Positions 59,996 to 64,000 of a stretch of DNA of 64,000 bases are shown one piece after another (within the stretch, counting starts at the first letter, position 1; every line of letters starts with the position of its first letter). The notes below the pieces were generated by a model. It was not told the DNA's origin, did not search any database, and worked only from the letters and a program-made list of their open reading frames with translations. The stretch covers positions 256,001 to 320,000 of the forward strand of contig CBDBLO010000002.1 of NCBI GenBank assembly GCA_965207075.1, read 5' to 3'. The position numbers and the translations under genes are program-made. Origin of the DNA: Nitrosopumilus sp. (lineage in GTDB: Archaea; Thermoproteota; Nitrososphaeria; Nitrososphaerales; Nitrosopumilaceae).

Positions 59996-61249
59996 GTGGT
60001 ATTTGCAGGAAAGGGACGCGGCGTAAACGAGTGGCGTCACATAAACGAAGGACTCCGATGCGAACGGTACGGACAGCTCTCAAAGGCGGCTTCCCGGTTC
60101 GCAAAGGCCTTGAGCATAAACCCGCACAACGGGACCGCCCTGATGCACATTGCGGGCATACGCTACCAGACGGGAAGGTACGACGACTCCGAACGCTGCT
60201 ATGCAGAGATAGTCGAGTCCGATCCCTCCAACATAGACGCCCTGCAGGGCCTGGGGCTTGCGCTCGAAAAGCAGCACAAGTATGCGGAGGCCCTTGCACA
60301 CTTTGAGAAGATCCTTGCAATAGACGCCACGTATGACGACGCAGTTGCATACTCGGCCCTCTGCAGGAGCGGACTCGGGGGTCACGACGAGGCGCTTGCG
60401 ATGCTTGACGGGGTGATATCGAGAAGCGGCGGCCACCACGTGCAGGCCCACTACTGCAGGAGCCGCGTCCTGAGCCGGATGCACAGGGATGCCGAGTCCA
60501 TATCGGCCCTGAATGACGCAAGGAAGGCCGAGGCCAGGCAGTCTGCCGCCCTGTACGAGCAGGGCAGGGCTCTGTCACGGCAGAAAAGGCACGAGAAGGC
60601 GGTGGAGATGTACACAAGGGCGCTGCGCCTGAACCCGGAGAACGCGGACGCGCTCGTGGCAAAGGGCTGGACGCTTGACTATGCGGGGCTTCCCTCAAAG
60701 GACGTGGTCCCGCTCTATGAAAAGGCCATACAAGTCGACCCGCACTGCACCGAGGCCCACCTCAACCTGAGCTTCCTGTATGACCGGACCGGCCTGTACC
60801 GTAAGGCAGTCGCGTGCCTTGACAGGATTCTCGAGTACGATCCGAGGAACGTCAGGGCCCTTTACAGCAAGGGGATCGCGCTGCACTCGCTAAAGCAGCA
60901 TGCTGCGGCCGCGTTCTTTTGCGACGCTGCGATACGCGCCGACCCCTCGAACCCCAAGGCCCTGTGCAGCATGGTCTGGATATTGGAGCACCGCAAACAG
61001 TATGCGGAGGCCCTTGAATACTGCGATCTGGCCATCGACGCGGATCCGGAGTACGCGTACGCGCACAGTTATCGCGGAAAGCTGCTGTACCTTCTGGAGC
61101 GGCACGACGAGGCCCTCATGTCGTACGAAAAGGCGCTCTCGCTTGATCCTGGCAACCGCACCGCTGAGTACTATCGCGACAAGGTTGTGGAAAAAATCAC
61201 AAAGGCGCAAAAAAGGGCCGCAAAAGGGAGGAAGGGGGGGCCAAGATAG
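59996..61249 (+). CDS. Tetratricopeptide repeat protein
   Basis: About 10 TPRs (ALSINP, DPSNIDAL, ALRLNPENADAL, DPRNVRALYSKG, ALSLDPGN). Confidence 0.9.
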   Translation: MVFAGKGRGVNEWRHINEGLRCERYGQLSKAASRFAKALSINPHNGTALMHIAGIRYQTGRYDDSERCYAEIVESDPSNIDALQGLGLALEKQHKYAEALAHFEKILAIDATYDDAVAYSALCRSGLGGHDEALAMLDGVISRSGGHHVQAHYCRSRVLSRMHRDAESISALNDARKAEARQSAALYEQGRALSRQKRHEKAVEMYTRALRLNPENADALVAKGWTLDYAGLPSKDVVPLYEKAIQVDPHCTEAHLNLSFLYDRTGLYRKAVACLDRILEYDPRNVRALYSKGIALHSLKQHAAAAFFCDAAIRADPSNPKALCSMVWILEHRKQYAEALEYCDLAIDADPEYAYAHSYRGKLLYLLERHDEALMSYEKALSLDPGNRTAEYYRDKVVEKITKAQKRAAKGRKGGPR

Positions 61250-61418
61250 CCGGTGACTGCCGCCATAATTAATGCAGAATGCGCGCCCGCGCAATTCACG
61301 GCCCGCCCGACGGGCGATTCGTACTGTACGCAGGCGGCCGGCCCGAAAATATTATGTGTAATTTGCAACAACACGACAGTGACAAAAATCTTATAACATA
61401 CCACGCCACACCACATGC

Positions 61419-61673
61419 ATGGTCGCGGTAAGCACGCCGGAGGACATAGAGCGCGAGTCCAGGCGCGTCATCACGTCCCTGTACGGCGACGTGATATCCG
61501 ACTTTAGGGTCAACGAGACTTTTCAGATACCCGAGAAGGGGCCGCGCGTGGCGTGGGACGTGCAGGTGAACTTTATGCGTGACGGGCTAAAGTATACCGT
61601 GGACCTCGAGATACAGGAAAAAGATTGCCAGGTTACGAACGCCAGACTGATCGACACCATGACGCCGCTGTGA
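61419..61673 (+). CDS. Hypothetical protein (84 aa)
   Basis: Globular-looking ORF with normal codon usage and TATA-like CTTATAA upstream. Confidence 0.7.
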   Translation: MVAVSTPEDIERESRRVITSLYGDVISDFRVNETFQIPEKGPRVAWDVQVNFMRDGLKYTVDLEIQEKDCQVTNARLIDTMTPL

Positions 61674-61680
61674 CGGCGGC

Positions 61681-62208
61681 TCAGGCAGAGAGGATCTCCT
61701 TTGCGGTTCTCATCCTTTGCAGGATGTTGTTTACGTACACGTCGGCAAACCTGTCAAAGGTCATGTGGCCGTTCCCGGACCCTGCCGCAGCCGCGGCACG
61801 GTGCGACTCGTACTCTGAGTGGAGCCACTCAAAGTCCGACTCCTGCAGCCGTATGATCCCGTTCTGCGACTCGAACTTTGACTCGAACAGGTTTGCAAGA
61901 AAGTAGCTGACAAAGTGCGAGTAGCACTTTATGCGGTATTTTGATGCGTACTCCCCCATGTGTTCCTTGTGGTAACTGTCGATCCACTCCTTTATGTCGT
62001 TGCGTATGGTCAGCGTGTTGTACTTGCCTGAGAGGTCGAGCCTGTGGCCGTGCATCCTCACCGTATACCGTCCCAGCCTCACCTCGTTCATCAGAATTAT
62101 CAGGGTGCTTGGCAGGAACATTCCCGGATAGAACGTGTCCGTGACGCTTGTGAGGAGCGCCAGTATGCTCGGCTTGAGGCCGATTGTAGAATATCCACTG
62201 CCGGGCAT
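61681..62208 (-). CDS. Hypothetical protein (175 aa)
   Basis: ATG-started ORF with an AT-rich promoter-like region (62230-62257). Duplicated 'STIGLK'/'TLTIR' segments may be RHH-like (weak). Confidence 0.7.
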   Translation of the reverse strand: MPGSGYSTIGLKPSILALLTSVTDTFYPGMFLPSTLIILMNEVRLGRYTVRMHGHRLDLSGKYNTLTIRNDIKEWIDSYHKEHMGEYASKYRIKCYSHFVSYFLANLFESKFESQNGIIRLQESDFEWLHSEYESHRAAAAAGSGNGHMTFDRFADVYVNNILQRMRTAKEILSA

Positions 62209-62444
62209 GCAGTGCGTACCGTACTGGCGTTTATATTATTTTATGAATATATTAAAAGTGCGCGTTCCGGCCGGCTTAATTTACGCTTGGGCGCGTCCTG
62301 CATCTGGCATTGTGGGCATAAGGCTCTAACCGATCCGGCCGTATGCCGTCAAAACCTTGCACCGTCGCGCGCCGCCTGCAGTGCGCGCCGCCGCGGACGC
62401 GCGCGGCCAAGCGCGACGAACGCCTGCAGTCGCCGCGCCTGTAG

Positions 62445-62660
62445 TCACTGCCCCGTGCGGTTCTTCTTGATGTCCGATATGATCCGCATCACTATCCAGA
62501 ACGACGCGATTGCGATGGTCCCGACTCCAAGTCCCGCCAGAAACGGCATGCTCTGGTCTGCGCCGTCCTGCTCCCCGCCGCCCATCTGGGTCAGGGCAAA
62601 ACCGAATATTATCAGTATGACTGCCGCCGCAAACTGCTTGTCCACAGACGGGATGTGCAT
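62445..62660 (-). CDS. Small two-TM membrane protein
   Basis: MHIPSVDKQFAAAVILIIFGFAL...FLAGLGVGTIAIASFWIVMRII. TATA-like TTTTAA upstream. Confidence 0.65.
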   Translation of the reverse strand: MHIPSVDKQFAAAVILIIFGFALTQMGGGEQDGADQSMPFLAGLGVGTIAIASFWIVMRIISDIKKNRTGQ

Positions 62661-63057
62661 TGGTAGATTAAAAGCAGTTCGTGGCGCATGCCGTATGTCC
62701 TGGCCGGTTCCGGACAGCATCTGGGCATTTCATAGCATTGAGCCTCTGGCGCGGAATCCTGATGGCGCGCCGGGTATTGCACCAGTAGGAGGAGGAGGAG
62801 AGGTCGTGGGAGGAAGAGGAAGAAAGAGCGTGCCGTGAGCCGCAGCCCCGCCGCCGTTGCCTCTGCGGGCCGCCTTTGCAGCACCCCTTTCTGCAGGGGC
62901 GCCCCGCCGCTTGTTGCATCTTCACATAATACATCTTTTTTTTGTATTTGCTACGTTTTATGCATAAATTTGTATTATACACATGATATCTTATGCGTAA
63001 TACGTACTTTACATCAAATTTTCAATATTTAATAGGTCTGCATCCGTAACAGATGCG

Positions 63058-64000
63058 TTGGCGGAGATAGACGGCTTTGGGGCCGCGATCATACTGTTCA
63101 TTATACTTACACTGGTAGTCGGCGTCCTGTCGGGCCGGCTCATAAAGCAGAGCGGCAAGCGGCTGATTGTCGCGGGCAAGAGCCTGCCGCTTGCCATGGT
63201 CGGGACGATGCTCGCCGCGCAGGCCGTGGACGGCAACTCGTCGCTTGGCAACGTGGCGCTGGTCTTTGAGTTCGGGTTCTGGGCCGGGGCCGTCGTGCCC
63301 ATAGGGCTGGGCGTGTGCCTGCTGATCACGGCCACGTTCTACGCGAAGCCCCTCAACAAGATGTCGATGATAACCCTGCCGGACTTTTACTACAGGAGGT
63401 ACGGCAACGCGGCAGAGGGCATATCAGGCGTACTCATGATAATCAGCTTTACCGTCCTAGTCGCGGGGAACCTGGCCGCAAGTGGGTTCATACTGGAGAT
63501 CGTGTTCGGGATTGACTTTTTCTGGGGGATTCTATTCTCGGCCCTGGTGGTGGTTGCGTATACCTGCGCAGGCGGACTGTTTGCGTCCGCGTACACCAAC
63601 CTGTTCCAGGTGTACCTTGCAATCGCCGCGTTCTGGGTCGGATTCCTGTACTTTGCGGGTGGGTTTGCAGACGCCCCGTGGGCTGTCATATACGCGAATG
63701 CGCCGCCCGAGTTCTTGGACCTGTCGGGGCTGTTTGACATCGGCAACGGGGCCCTGATAAACTGGGGCGCCATACTGGCGCTGGGACTGGGCGATATCAT
63801 CGCCCTGGACTTTATGGAGCGCGTGTTTGCCTCAAAGGATCCGAAGACTGCAAGGCGGGGCGCATACATGGGCGGGGCCCTCACCCTGTTTACCGTCGTG
63901 CCCACTAGCATGCTTGGGATCGTGGCGCTCTACTACCTGCCGGGTGACACGGATCCCGGGTTCGCGCTCCCGCTGCTCAGCACCTTGCACATGCCCTTTG
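63058..64000 (+). CDS. Sodium:solute symporter (SLC5/PutP-like, non-DUR3), truncated by window end
   Basis: Absent from the ORF track because there is no stop in the window. TTG-started frame: 'LIVAGKSLP', 'AQAVDGNSSLGN', 'TLPDFYYRRYG', 'YTCAGGLFASAYTNLFQ', 'LDFMERVFASK'. Confidence 0.9.
   Translation, partial: MAEIDGFGAAIILFIILTLVVGVLSGRLIKQSGKRLIVAGKSLPLAMVGTMLAAQAVDGNSSLGNVALVFEFGFWAGAVVPIGLGVCLLITATFYAKPLNKMSMITLPDFYYRRYGNAAEGISGVLMIISFTVLVAGNLAASGFILEIVFGIDFFWGILFSALVVVAYTCAGGLFASAYTNLFQVYLAIAAFWVGFLYFAGGFADAPWAVIYANAPPEFLDLSGLFDIGNGALINWGAILALGLGDIIALDFMERVFASKDPKTARRGAYMGGALTLFTVVPTSMLGIVALYYLPGDTDPGFALPLLSTLHMPF

Noticed and set aside
1-64000. CRISPR array, rRNA, integrase or provirus
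   Set aside because: No regularly spaced repeats, rRNA-like sequence, tyrosine recombinase or duplicated tRNA 3' ends were seen.

Overview
GC-rich archaeal chromosomal DNA. The gene content (aIF2 alpha/gamma, S6e, Nop10, Lsm, Lhr, RPA, bacterial-type MetK, grpE-dnaK-dnaJ, cobalamin genes, urease with DUR3 transporters) points to an ammonia-oxidising thaumarchaeon (Nitrosopumilaceae-like). A host-associated, Cenarchaeum-like lineage is an inference from the GC content, secreted CAP and substrate-binding proteins, and low-complexity expansions. From left to right: C39-like/TPR gene, tRNA-Gly(CCC), two zinc-finger microproteins, an orphan substrate-binding protein, a complete IS481-family element with a 16-bp target duplication, translation genes, a Dps-like ferritin, a cobalamin cluster interrupted by a CAP gene, metK/lsm, a DNA-processing block (RadA paralog, UvrD-nuclease fusion, Lhr, Swt1-HEPN, RPA), an ABC exporter, tRNA-Gln(TTG) and the dnaK operon. 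The right part is a ~27-kb organic-nitrogen region: orphan ParB, Lrp, a DUR3-USP fusion, an intervening nurA-herA-mre11-rad50 operon, ureEFGD/ureABC, a second DUR3, a coupled ureohydrolase + urease-gamma-like + Ni-permease operon, and a third solute symporter. The best candidate for an undescribed system is this ureohydrolase module. It may feed urea from an unknown guanidino substrate into urease, possibly co-regulated by a shared palindromic operator. All functional calls come from motif recognition by eye; no searches were run.
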